A program made the translations under genes and the position numbers. DNA of 64,000 bases from Scyliorhinus canicula (Eukaryota): assembly GCF_902713615.1 (NCBI RefSeq), contig NC_052154.1, forward strand, positions 80,827,072 through 80,891,071. Direction: 5' to 3'. The notes beneath the pieces are model-generated. The model was not told where the DNA came from and searched no databases. It worked only from the letters and a program-made list of their open reading frames with translations. Below, piece after piece: positions 1 through 11,841 of this stretch (the stretch's first letter is position 1; the number at the start of each line of letters is the position of its first letter).

Positions 1-375
1 AGAACGTGATATTTAATTCGCTGTGTTATTCCAAACTGCTGGAAATACTGAGCAATTCAGGGAATGTCTGTGGAGAGGGAGACAATGTTAAAGCCTCAGG
101 CCTGTGACCTTTTCAGTGGTATATTACCGAATTCATTCAAAAGGCAATGTTTACATTAGATTTAATAGTTTGTGGGTGCTCCACCATAGATACCCCAGCC
201 AGAGGAACCAACCTCGCCGTGTCTACCCTGGCAATCTTGTACATTCCAAAGAAATCACACCTCCGATTCTTCGAAATTCCTCACTCTCCACTTGTGGAAG
301 CTTCCAGAAATTACTATAACTTTGCTCTTCTTATCAGTAAAAAGTCTTATAATACCAGGTTAAAGTCCAACAGGT
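1..375 (+). repeat. Near-identical direct duplicate of gene 1 intron 2 (1738-2112), offset 1737 bp
   Basis: Only about 4 mismatches by eye; duplicated ORFs at 104/1841 and 147/1884. Confidence 0.95.
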
Positions 376-421
376 CTGTTTCGAATCACTAGCTTTCGGA
401 GCACAGCTCCTTCCTCAGATG
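336..421 (-). mobile_element. Penelope-type short element end carrying a minimal type I hammerhead motif (386-421, - strand)
   Basis: Minus strand reads CAT-CTGAGGA-A-GGAGCTGTGCTCC-GAAA-GC-TA-GTG. Confidence 0.7.
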
Positions 422-1057
422 TTGAAAAGGTGATCGTGGACTGATGCAGATATATGGTCAGAATGTCACCCAGCATTCAAGCATAACATCAAGTTTGCAA
501 ACAATCTGGCTCACTACAGGCAGTTGCCTAAGAGAGGCGTGGAGTCTACGCTTAGGGATGAATTTTGATACAGAGACGTGTTTTCCGCTGACAGAGTGGT
601 ATGTGTGGAAACCATTCACATAGTTAAACCCGGGCTTCATATAGAGGTGCAAGTTTTCATTGGAAGCTGTTCTCAGTTTCCAATGAAAACCGGAAAAAAA
701 TCTATTTGTATCAATCGCGATGATTTTCAGCCCTTTATGGGGTTTGGTGTTTCGAAAGGTTCCGTGATGCTCGCTGGAGCATTTTATTGCGTGAAAGGCA
801 CGATATAAATACTGTACAAGCTAATATTGTACAGAAACCTTTGGAAAATATTTTTAAACCCTTGTTTTTTGTTGGTCATGCTGCAGTTGAGTTCAAAAGC
901 TGCCGAACGTTCACAACGAAACCTATTTTGGAACAAACGGACACAGGATGTCAAACGTCATTGCGCTGGTTTTCAGATTAAATATTCAGCAGACACTTAA
1001 CATAGCGGCAAACTCACGGCCAGTGCGGTCAGACATCAGCTGAACCTTTATCCGGGA

Positions 1058-1118
1058 ATGTTGTCGCGTGTGACCCCTGTGTTCATATTCCTGTTTCTCC
1101 CGAGGATCATTTCAACAG
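1058..1118 (+). CDS. Gene 1 exon 1, signal peptide MLSRVTPVFIFLFLPRIIST(G)
   Basis: ATG at 1058, hydrophobic core, phase-1 donor CAG|GTATCT at 1119. Confidence 0.8.
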
Positions 1119-4100
1119 GTATCTGGATATTCTCTACCCTAGATGTCTTATTAAAAAATAAATATTTCGGAGTTCTCACGGCAATTGAACCAAATATAGT
1201 TCGTCCGTCAAAATCTCTTTTGCATTTCCATGCATTATTATGTTCTAAAGTCTCTAGTTTCTCATTGAATACAATTAATTAATAAAAACCTTAAATATAT
1301 TTGATAACAGGCGCTCCAGCAACTTCGATCAGCGTGTCTCAAAGTCCCAAACAGGTATCTATATTAAGGGGGACAAACATCACCTTCTACTGCATAATCC
1401 CACTTTCTCATGATAATGTCGGGGTCGAAGTGCGTTGGTGGAAACAAGGTGAGAATAAATATCTCGCAAATGGAGTCGATGGAAGAAAACGATTTGATCT
1501 CAAAAGCAAAGGAGGTGGTTTATTTGAGCTGCGAAACGCTACTCTCCAGGACTCAGGAACCTATCACTGCGGAGTGATCCGTGACGGAAAATATAGTGGA
1601 AATGGGACAGGATCCAGTTTAACTGTTTGGGGTAAGTGAGCGGAATGGCGGGGAACATCAGACACTCTATGGTGTCATGTTCTTTTGTACCGCATTTGAT
1701 GTTATAAAACATGGTGCACAACGTCAAGTTATGCAGCAGAACGTGATATTTAATTCGCTGTGTTATTCCAAACTGCTGGAAATACTGAGCAATTCAGGGA
1801 ATGTCTGTGGAGAGGGAGACAATGTTAAAGCCTCAGGCCTGTGACCTTTTCAGTGGTATATTACCGAATTCATTCAAAAGGCAATGTTTACATCAGATTT
1901 AATAGTTTGTGGGTGCTCCACCATAGACACCCCAGCCAGAGGAACCAACCTCGCCGTGTCTACCCTGGCAATCTTGTACATTCCAAAGAAATCACACCTC
2001 CGATTCTTCGAAATTCCTCACTCTCCACTTGTGGAAGCTTCCAGAAATTACTATAACTTTGCTCTTCTTATCAGTAAGAAGTCTTACAATACCAGGTTAA
2101 AGTCCAACAGGTTTGATAGGACTTTAACCTGGTGTTGTAAGACTTCTTACTGTGCTCACCCCAGTCCAACGCCGGCATCTCCACATCATGGCTTCTTATC
2201 AGTGTCAGACAGGTTGTTTGCTTCTCTCTGGGGGATACTGCTGACGGACCTTTTGTTACTCACAGAATGGGAAAGGAATGCGGATACCATTCTCCTCTCA
2301 ATCCTTACGCGTAACGTCTCTCCACTGACCTGATTTTCCACATTTTCTGTTCGCAGTTGCACCAACACCGTTAAAGATTCTCCTGAAGCCTCTCGCAAGT
2401 AAGCCATCTACGTCTCTGACTCTTGTGTGTCAAACTGCTGCGTTTTACCCGGATGATTTGACCCTCCTTTGGTATAAAGATGGCACCAATATCACAGCTG
2501 AGATGAATCCAATTAAACAGCGGAACAAGGAAGGACTCTACGAAGTTTCCAGTTCTTTGGAGGAGCCGCAGCCTGTGCGGGACGACGCTGTTTACATCTG
2601 TTTGGTAACTCACATCTCCCTCCCGACTCCCGCCATTGCCATCCACACTGTTACCAACTCCTGCCCAGGTATGAGGCCAGCAGATCAATAATTGAGTTTA
2701 GAAGTTAGTAAAAATCTAAAAAGGATATTTCTTACAGATTACTGACATCAATAATCATAAAGGTGGTTTTAAACCAAAGTACTGGAAATATAAAATCATA
2801 GGGAAAATGTAACCGTTTAATGTAAAATATTACTGACTCAAACCTGTTGTCAAATCGAACTAATGTACCACTATCCTTCTGCCTGTTGTAGCTTGGCAGG
2901 TTTCAAAGTGTTAAAAAGACAAAAGCATCACGCCAATTATACAATTATTTTACATATCCTATTCATTATTGAATGCTCATATGTGACGACTTCTCAAAGT
3001 GAGTTTATTTTTTCTACCGTCAGTTTTCTTCACATGAGCTGCAGAACTAAGAATAACAGTTTCTTTATTTGGCCCCACTGTGAATGGGTCGGCGTTAGCC
3101 TTATGGGCAGGCCGTAATGCCTCTGCGTTATCCAGCAGGTTGGAGAGGTAGTGCGTTTGAGATATTTCATTATATTAACAAATAACCTTGAGTTGGTTTC
3201 CGTTCCGTATTCAGGTACGGTCTTGCTTTAGTTAATTATCTGCACAACAGGCAATAGGCGTTTGCCTATTGATAGCATGGTAGCACATTGGTTAGCACAG
3301 TTGCTTCGCAGCTCCAGGGTCCAAAGTTCGATTCCCGACTTGGATCAGTGTCTGTGTTCCGCGTGGGTTTCCTCCGAGTGCTCCGGTTTCCTCCCATAGT
3401 CCAAAGATGTGCAGGTTAGGTGGATTGGCCATAGTAAATTTCCCTTAGTGTCCAAAAAGGTTAGGTGGAGTTATGGGGATAGGGTGGAGGTAGGATGCCG
3501 TTTCCAAGTGCCGGTGCAGACTCAATGGGCCGAATGGCCACCTTCTGCACTACAGATTATATAATACTATGATAGAATTAGTGCGGTCCATACTTTTAAC
3601 AATGGCGAGTCACTTTTTAAAATTACTCCGACTTCATTAAATAATAGTGTAAGAGCAAAAGATTGATCAAGTACAAGAATACGTTTTTCGCTCCATCTAA
3701 ATGTACTCAAAGGGAATTTTAATTCTAAAACGCCAATGTTTGGAACACCTCAATTGGCACTCTCCATCGAAGATTATTCTGATCTTGTGCCATCCTTTGT
3801 GAGAAGACAGTTAGAAGTCTTGGAACACCAGGTTAAAGTCCAACAGGTTTATTTGGAATCACTAACTTTCGGCGTGTAGCTCCTTCATCAGATCATCACT
3901 CACCTGAGGAAGGAGCTGAGCTCCGAAAGCTGGAGATTCGAAACAAACCTGTTGGACTTTAACCTGGTGTTGTAAGACTTCTTACTGTGCCCATCCTAGT
4001 CTAACGCTGGCATCTCCACATTATGAGAATCTGTTAGTTTGACTTCGTATCGAATGCGATAAGCTACAGACACTTTGAAATAACGCTGTCATCCAGATAT

Positions 4101-6727
4101 ATCACCCAGTTGTGGAAAACATGAGCAGCAGATGAACTAGCAAGTTAATTCGAGGTCTCTTTTTCGGCAGAAAAACGAAATAAATCAGAACTCGAAATAA
4201 TTTTACTTTTGCAGAAGCTGATGGTAAATATCATTACATCTGGATTTCTGGATGTGCGGTGGGTGGATTGGCTTTTCTGACATTAATGATCATCATTGGG
4301 ACGAGATTCTGCTTGAAGAATAAAGGTAGGGGTTACTTTAATCATTTTATTTCAACATGAATATTCAAGAGGACGGCGAGATCGTGCTCGGCGGCACTTT
4401 CTGCATAAGAAAACGCGGTTGATGCAATAAAAACCGAAATCGTGAGGTTCAAATGGACCTTATTTCAAAATCTTTTCATGTAGGAATTACCACAAAATTA
4501 AAATATAAAGAATCTGTTTGTATATTACCGAGGGTAATATCCACATAATGGGATATAACAATTGTTGTCATTGTCCATTCCCCAGCCGATTTGCACTCCT
4601 AGAAGTGACTTCGTGGATTCAGTTTTTTAAGAAAGTTCAGAAAATTTGAGCCCCCGAAGATGTGAGGATAAGAAGGCTACTTGTTCCAGCCAGAAGAGCA
4701 AAATGATTATTGCAAAATCCAAACTTTTGTTCAGCGTTCCGAGGAAGGGTAACTCGTTTGGTGCAAATGAAAGTTTCTTCTTGATACCTTTATTCTAGAG
4801 TCTCCCCACAAAATTCATAAAATTATTTTTTGTTTTCCGCTATTCAATGTTCAGCCTCTAAAGTTACATATATGGTACTTTGTGCGTACGGCACCATAGT
4901 ACCTATGTTTCATGCACGAGTAATTCAAAGGTGTGGGTTAATAGTTCAGAGAAAATGGGGAAGACTTTAATTAACTTAAAAACATATTCAAATCTTTCAT
5001 CAGCAAAAGACAATTAATCTGAGGGCTGTCACTAAATACCAAGTAAGTGATTAATATCCTTAGCGATTGATACGCGAATGTTCCACGTCGTCTTACCTAT
5101 GTGTGACTCCAGTCCTTCACAAATGTGTTCAATTCCGAAATCGCCTCTGAAGTGGTCACTCAAGTCGTTTAGTGTTTCCAGCTAATGGTAGCTATAGGTG
5201 ACAATAAATATGTGCTTGCAGCTCGAAGCTCCTGAGAATGAATGAAGCAAAATAGCAGTTCGATCTTTTTCTACACTCTTAGTATTCTCATTTATTTCCA
5301 GAAAGAAAGGACAAGCCGCCTCCTTGCAGGCTAAGGGGTCAAATTTATTCCGCGTGTCGACATAACACGCGGATAATCAAAAAGCTCTCTGAAGTTTGTT
5401 GGACAAACATTGGAGTTTTATCATTCGTGATGAACATTGGCTCCTCTATTCAATGGTCCGGTCGACTAGAGCAGCGGACAGTTTGATTGTTCTCTCGTAT
5501 CTCGTACCACACTGTCTTGTCTGTATAGTTCAATATCCGACATTGAACATTGCTGTTCTGCCTTAAATGGACATACTTTGCGTTCTCTCAGCCAAATCTT
5601 TGGTCTCTCTCAGTTGCTCCCTCAGTTAGTTCAATGTAATCCATGGAACTGGTTTTTATTTAATCCCGGTTGTCGCATTGACCTTCCGTGTGTGTGGCAT
5701 CGTTTTTGCGCTTTTCGTGTGAGATTTTCTTCGTGTGTTTCTGTCTGTGTTTCTTTTAAAAATAAATTTAGAGTACCCAATTCTTTTTCTTCCCCCAATT
5801 TTTCCAATCTGTGAGTTTCTGTATGTGTGCGAGTGTTTCTGTAAGTGCATGTGTGTCAAAACTTACTCAGATTCTATAATTACCTTTGAAAGCACAAACT
5901 TGGAGAATGACTATATCATAAGAATTGAAAATAATTAAGCTGCGTTACTTTCCAGGTAAACAAGACAGTATAACAATCGTGAAGCCTCATGACGAGCTGG
6001 TGAGTTCATGTTATTGTGTATATATATTGTTATAATGGGAATACTTCGTCACAACCTATTTAGCTACAGCATGTATCTCTAATTGATATGTACTTCGTCA
6101 CAACCTATTTAGCTGTAAACATCCATCTCTTATTACTGTGTACTTCGTTGCAACGATAAATATTTAACGATAATATAAAGCCATAAATATTTCTGTCAAA
6201 TTGATGTAATATTAAGATCGTATTTTGAAAATAATTTGGTGCTTTGTGGGCTATTGCTCAAGGCAGGTGATGAAGGAAATTGATCGCGTCAGTAAGGTAC
6301 GGCTGTATAATAATCATAAGGTTGTTTGTGGGACCTTATGTTACACGTTTAGAATGCTGAAATTGACTCTTGTCTGAATGACACTATTGGATGAAAATCG
6401 GCAGGATGAAATGCCAGTTGCAATTGACAATTTACTTACCGGACCTAACGTCGACACGTCTTTAAATATATTCATGGCGCTTTCCGCATTTTATATACAG
6501 CCCATGTCCCATTTATGTTCAGTGTTTAATCAGAAATCTGAAAACTGATGTTGCCAATAAATTAACCAGATCACGAAATATTTTCGTTCCGTCAGGCGCA
6601 GAGAGCTGACGACAAGCTTGTGACATATGCTGCAGTGGATTTGAAAACATCCACTAAAACGCCTAGATATAAATGTGAAGAAGAGGTGACAGCCTACGCT
6701 CAGGTGGGTCTGGGACGTAAAGAATAG
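1058..6727 (+). CDS. Gene 1: non-rearranging VJ-C1 IgSF inhibitory receptor (NKp30/SIRP/PRARP-like architecture), 6 exons, 326 aa; exons 1058-1118, 1311-1631, 2357-2668, 4215-4325, 5956-5999, 6596-6727
   Basis: All introns are GT-AG with compatible phases (1,1,1,1,0). Exon lengths 61+321+312+111+44+132=981 nt give an open frame. Domains: signal peptide, V, C1, TM, ITIM/ITSM tail. Confidence 0.88.
1311..1631 (+). CDS. Gene 1 exon 2, V-set Ig domain with J-like G strand
   Basis: Acceptor AACAG|, B-strand Cys (TFYC), WWKQ, DSGTYHC, NGTGSSLTV; donor G|GTAAGT at 1632. Confidence 0.95.
2073..2189. mobile_element. Penelope-type fold-back mini-element (ribozyme segment deleted), TSD CTTCTTATCAGT
   Basis: Inverted repeat AGTAAGAAGTCTTACA..GTTAAAGTCC / GGACTTTAAC..TGTAAGACTTCTTACT; TSD at 2064-2075 and 2192-2203. 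Confidence 0.8.
2357..2668 (+). CDS. Gene 1 exon 3, C1-set Ig domain plus stalk Cys
   Basis: Acceptor TTCGCAG|, LVCQTAAFYPDDLTLLWYKDG...YICLVTHISL (C1 motifs CxxxxFYP, WxKDG, YxCxVxH), ends NSCPG; donor CAG|GTATGA. Confidence 0.95.
3271..3575 (+). mobile_element. tRNA-derived HE1/V-type SINE
   Basis: A/B-box-like head, GCGTGGGTTTCCTCC..CCGGTTTCCTCCC core, LINE-like tail GGGCCGAATGGCC. Confidence 0.85.
3813..4022. mobile_element. Penelope-type fold-back mini-element with degenerate hammerhead motifs
   Basis: Same consensus as 27588-27799; + strand TCAC-CTGAGGA-AGGAGCTGAGCTCC-GAAAGCTG lacks an NUH cleavage triplet. Confidence 0.8.
4215..4325 (+). CDS. Gene 1 exon 4, transmembrane (EADGKYHYIWISGCAVGGLAFLTLMIIIGTRFCLKNK)
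   Basis: Acceptor TTTTACTTTTGCAG|, 111 nt phase 1-1, hydrophobic stretch; aligns with gene 2 TM exon (YIWISGCA vs YLRIFGCA); donor AAG|GTAGGG. Confidence 0.88.
5956..5999 (+). CDS. Gene 1 exon 5, short cytoplasmic exon (GKQDSITIVKPHDEL)
   Basis: Acceptor CTTTCCAG|, donor CTG|GTGAGT; 44 nt converts phase 1 to phase 0, as the last exon requires. Confidence 0.72.
6042..6150. repeat. About 50-bp tandem repeat (about 2.2 copies) in gene 1 intron 5
   Basis: TACTTCGTCACAACCTATTTAGCT at 6042 and 6091, partial copy at 6141. Confidence 0.7.
6596..6727 (+). CDS. Gene 1 exon 6, cytoplasmic ITIM (VTYAAV) and ITSM (TAYAQV), stop TAG
   Basis: Acceptor TTTTCGTTCCGTCAG|; translation AQRADDKLVTYAAVDLKTSTKTPRYKCEEEVTAYAQVGLGRKE*. 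Confidence 0.85.
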   Translation, partial: AQRADDKLVTYAAVDLKTSTKTPRYKCEEEVTAYAQVGLGRKE

Positions 6728-8004
6728 AAAAATAGAATACCTGTGAACAGCCAACAATAATGTAAAAGCAGACATTTTGACCTTTCTGTGACTTTGACTG
6801 TGTGTCGCCTGGTCCGCATGGAAGGGTGTTTGTAATAATAATATTTATTAATAAGAATTTTTATGATTGTCAGAAGTAGACACACATGAACACTGCAATA
6901 GTTATTGTGAAAATCCCCTAGTCGCCACATTCCGGCACCTTTTCGGGTACAGGGAGGGAGAATTCAGAATGTCCAAATTACATAACAAGCACGTCTTTCG
7001 GGATTTGCATTGCTATGACTGACTTCTTACGAGCTAATGACAGGAGAGTCAGAGCAGGCTACGATCGTTCATTCAAGCATATGCAGGGAGAGCTGGCCAA
7101 CCAGTATCTGATCAGAACTCTGATGTTTACAGAGAAACTGCACATTTTTACACCGCGCTGCACGTACACAGATATGGTTTAAATATCGATCTGACATTGT
7201 ATGTAGGCTTTAGCAAAAACAGACACATCTTGTATTAGTTATACAATTACAAGTACACCCTCTTGCAGGGGCTCCTAGCTTATCTCGGTATGACTACCGC
7301 CGCTAACTCTATCTGGTACTAAGAAAACAGTGCTTTCTACATGACTCCAGGACTACTTTATTGCCAAAGATGTCAGCTAATGCAGTCCTTGTGAGGTGCT
7401 AAGCGCACCTGGAGAGTCTGCTGACGCGTCTTTAAGCTTGACGAAAGTCAATTGTTGTTAAAATGCACGGTACCACCCTTTGCAGCAAATAAATATGCTG
7501 ACTCTCTTTGTAACAAAGAGATATGTGACCCTTTCTACTATTTTCTTATTGATGCGTTACCTTACTATGTACTCATATTAAAACCTCAACCTTCATTATC
7601 TATTCCCCCTAATAGTATATTGTTCTAATGATGCTGACTTGAACTTTGAACTGGTACAGAAGGCCAATCTACGATGTATTTAAACATTGTTTTTTCAGAT
7701 TAAACAAGGGAAAGCCTGGACAAAGTAACGCATATGGCTTTCGAACTGTCTATTTTTGACACAATGAGACAATGCAGAAATAACTAAAGAAGCACATAAT
7801 ATGGAGAGCTACAGCCGAAAACCCAAAGCGAGCAACAAAGGAGACTTACAGAGTAGCAGCACCCAAATGAAGTCACCATCTTGGGTGCAGAAAACAGTTA
7901 TTGCCGTATATGTCCCCCCCATCTCTATCAATTTCACTGAAAATGAAATCTGGCCGCTGGAAAAGAGCCGGAGATCCAATACGACAGTTGACTGCTTAAG
8001 TAAC

Positions 8005-8190
8005 AATAATAGCTTATTCTCACAAGTAGGCTTCATAATTTACTGTGAAAAGCCACATTCCACCGCCTGTTCGGGGAGGCTGGTATGGGAATTGAACCCG
8101 CGCTGCCTCTATTTGGCCATTGTTGTGTATTTGGCCATTGTTCTGTATTACAAGCCAGCCATTTAGCCTACTGTGCTAAACCAGCTACTC
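8005..8190 (-). mobile_element. Short tRNA-derived SINE
   Basis: Reverse complement of the GCTGGTTTAGCACAG..GGGTTCAATTCCC..GGCTTTTCACAGTAA..AAGCCTACTTGTGA family, also seen at 6885-7010, 23262, 25530, 38850 and 56575. Confidence 0.8.
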
Positions 8191-8699
8191 CATGTTACCT
8201 CCATGCGCGTGTATGTTCGTATTACGCACTCCTTGATATGTAACAGCGCAGTGCATAAAGCAACACATGTAGTTATTTCATTATTTGGAGATTATTAGTC
8301 AGTAATATAAATACATGTAATGAAAAACACTTTTCAAGTTGATTCTGTGTTATTTCTGTACTATTACGCATTACTGTAATTACAAGGGAGGCCTGTTGTC
8401 AGGCTATTAGAATGCACACAATCGGATTTCTTACATTCACTTTCATACGCTTCGGTACCCTTTAAACACGGCGTTCATGTCTCAGAAAATAATTACTATC
8501 TAATAAAGTCAAATACATCATTATCTCTGTCTGTGTTTCTATTTAAACCTCGAATCAAAAATTGACTCAAATAAGACCATGCAGAATTTTATGGTAACGC
8601 ATTAAAGACTTACGTATCTACACAGCAAGTCTCTTCGCTTTTATCGCCAACTATGAACATCTTCAGAATTTTTTCACTTTCTACATTTGTTGTTTAACG

Positions 8700-9050
8700 T
8701 CCGAAACTCCAATGACTATTAGTGTTCCCCTGAAGGAATTCACATTCGCCATATTCTCCGTCTCATTAGATGGTAACGTCAAATTTGATTGTGGATCCCT
8801 GAATTCTGATGAACCGATTACTTACATGTCTCGTAAATTAGAGCAGCGCCAAATCAGGCGGCCGTATAACATCAGCCATAAAATATGTAATTTCTATAAG
8901 CTTGCTTTCACAATTGCTGAACTTCAGACCAGATTCAACTTACTCCCACGTGTGGACCATTTATTTCATGATTTCTTAACAAACGCCTTCGGAAAGCCCA
9001 TATAAATCATATCCACAAACTTTCCTTCGCCTTTTCCCGTTATTATTTAT
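8700..9050 (-). mobile_element. Decayed CR1 LINE RT fragment
   Basis: Minus strand GTGGATATGATTTATATGGGCTTTCCGAAGGCGTTTG resembles the CR1 VDxxYxDFxKAFD motif. Confidence 0.5.
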
Positions 9051-10257
9051 CCAAACAAGTATCTAAGGTAAATAAAGCGTATTCTGGGCGCAATGAATGT
9101 AACTGAATGTTCAGCAACTGTTTCATTACGATAATGTTTCAAATTATTGTCGCATTGGCATTTTCCGCTAAATAGCAGCAGGAGCTTCAGCAGTCTTTTG
9201 AGAACTAGATAATGAATCATAATGCGTTCATATATACAGTGATCGTTCATATGATACAATGCACATGACGCAGTGGAAAAGTTAACGTGTGGAAGCGATT
9301 AGCTAACAGTTCCGCCTTGTGCTGTTATATTGACAAAAATTGCGAAACATTAATGCAGGCGTGTTGGTTTCCAAATGTATATTTGGTTCGATGGCTCACC
9401 TCCGCTGCAGATGTTCAAGTTTTAAATTTAGCTGTTAATTGCAACACTCGAAAAATGTATCCGGTGTTGCGTCGTAACGGTAATGCATCCCACTTTTCAC
9501 TGTAATTGCAGAAACAGAAAATGTTGACATGAAGCTGAGACTATATTTGCTATTTTCCATTCGAAACGTTCCTAACTCATTGACAGCTTTAATTTATAAT
9601 TACGTCTGGTTAAGGTGGAGAAATTGTTCCTTTTCTTGCAACTTTCTAATGTTAATGCGTCTGGTGGCGCTTCGACCTCTGAGCCAGAAGTTTCCGACTT
9701 GAGGCCCACTGCAGGATTTGAAGGTCATAACGTGGCGAAACAAAATGATTATGAACATGAAAATCCTGTCTCTGGCAAACATGAAAATCATGCCTGTGGC
9801 AAACGGCAAGAGCGGGAGAGTCACTTTGGCGGCCAGAATCGCATGGTAGCTGCTGCGCAACAGCGTCCTCACGTGAAAGCACTCCAAACGCAGGTTCCTG
9901 TCCCGGCCTGTGCTCCGTACCAAGTGTCCTCCTGGTTTTGAGTGGGGAACCGACACATGTTACCTGTAGAAGCATTTGCCTAAATAGTATTTCAGGTCGT
10001 TTATTCACCGGCATAGAGGTTTCAGCACGCTAAGTCTGTCTTTGCACCTGGCTGAATGCAGTGGTCTGCAATTCAGCAAAAACGGATGACTTGATATCCA
10101 GTTTGTAAATTGTGGACACATTTCTAAACTGTCAAACGGACTTGGTTAGTGGTGAATTTTTTATTTAATCGCCTTTTAATTATAACAATTTGAACAGCAG
10201 AGCTCCTAATTATTGTTGTCCATGGATCGTATTTTGTAAATAATTTCATATGGGATA

Positions 10258-10510
10258 TGGTGGCGTAATGGTATTATGGCTAGAGACCCAATCTGGGCAC
10301 CCCCGTTCGAATCCCACAACGGCAGGTGGTGGAATGTAAAAACAACTCAATTAAATATCTGGAATTAAAAGATTGTCGTTGAAAACCCATCTGGCTCACT
10401 ATCGCCCTCGTAGGAAGGGCGTCTGCCCTACTGACCTTCTCCGGTCTGCATGCGACTCCAGGCCCACAGCAATGTGGTTGACTTTCAAAGCACTGTGAAA
10501 TAGACCAGCA
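10258..10510 (+). mobile_element. Deu-domain-type tRNA-derived SINE
   Basis: tRNA-like head (GGTGGCGTAATGG..GTTCGAATCCC) followed by GACTCCAGGCCCACAGCAATGTGGTTGACT, typical of the Deu domain. Confidence 0.65.
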
Positions 10511-11650
10511 AACTACGAAAACACAAAAAAGAATGAAATGAGCCGAAAAGACAGCAGCAGACCCAGCCCTGTCGACTCTGCAAAGTTCTCCTTACGAACA
10601 TCTGGGGGCTTGAGCCAATGTTGGGAGAGTTGGAAATGGTTTCCACTGGTGGACTCATACCTGCCACAATGGATGATGGCTGGAGCTCAATCATCTCAGG
10701 AGTCCTTCGGGGTATTTCCCTAGACTTCAAGCATCTTCAGCTGCTTCATCACCTTCCATCATCAGGTGGAGTGTTTGCGGATGGCTGAATAATGTTTGCA
10801 ACTCCTCAGATCAGTCACTGTCCAAAGCAGCAAGACCTGGACAATACCCAGGCTTGGGCTGGCAACTGACAAATTACGTTCATGCCACTCAAGTGCCAGG
10901 CAATGACCATTGTGTACAATAGAGGATCTAACCATCGCCCCTTGACATTCAATGGCATTTCTGTCACTGATTCTCCCATAATCAACATCCCGGGGGCTAT
11001 CATTGGTCAGGAACTGAACTGGACTGACCATATTAATACTGTGGCTACCAGGGCAGCTCAAAGGTTAGGAATCCTACGGTGCGTAACTTACCGCTTGACA
11101 CCCCCCCCCCCTATACCCCAAAAAGCCTGTCCACCATCTACATGTCAGGAATGTGATTGAATGATCTCCCGTTACCTGGATGAGTGCAACTCCAACAACA
11201 CTCAAAAAGCTAAACACCATCCAGACAAAGCAGCCGACTTGATTGTTCCCCCTTCCACAACATTCAAACTCCCCCATCACCGTCGAACTGTGGCTGCCAT
11301 GTGTCCCATCTACAAAATGCACTGAAGCAACTCATAAACGTTCCTTAGACAGCAGCTTACAAACCCATGACCACTACCATCTAGAAGGACAAGAGCAGCT
11401 GATAACCAGGACACCACCAGCTGGAGGTTCCCCCCCAAGTCACTCACCACCTTGGTTTGGAAATATATCACCGTTCCATTTATGTCGCTGGGGCAAAATC
11501 CTGGAACTCCCGCCGAAACAGCACAGTGAGTGTATCCACACCACAGGAACTACAGCAGTTCAAAACAGCAATTCACCACTACCTTCTGAAGGGCAACTAG
11601 GGATGGGCAATGGCCTAATGAGTGATGCACACATCACGTAAATGAATTTA
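10511..11650 (+). mobile_element. 5'-truncated CR1/L2-superclade LINE, 3' portion
   Basis: RT C-terminal remnants (..LNWTDHINTVATRAAQRLGIL..) and a LINE-like 3' UTR. Confidence 0.65.
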
Positions 11651-11841
11651 AAAACCTTACTCTTCAGTATCATCTGCATCAAAAGCAGGGTTCGATCTCT
11701 GCTTTTTACCAAAGGTGAAATGGGTAGGTTGGAAGATTGAATTTTACCTTTACTGAGACGCTGCATTTCGTTCTATTGAAGAGAGTAGAAATGTTAGAGC
11801 TCACAAGCTAAAGCTCGAAAACTACCCAAAACAAAACATGG

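Noticed and set aside
5302-7730. Extra gene 1 exon candidates at 5302-5329 and from 7699
   Set aside because: The first has no GT donor and would shift the frame; the second hits early stops and lies after the stop at 6727.
9600-10014. Overlapping ORFs of about 110-120 aa on both strands
   Set aside because: No domain similarity, an internal 24-bp duplication and no convincing splice context.
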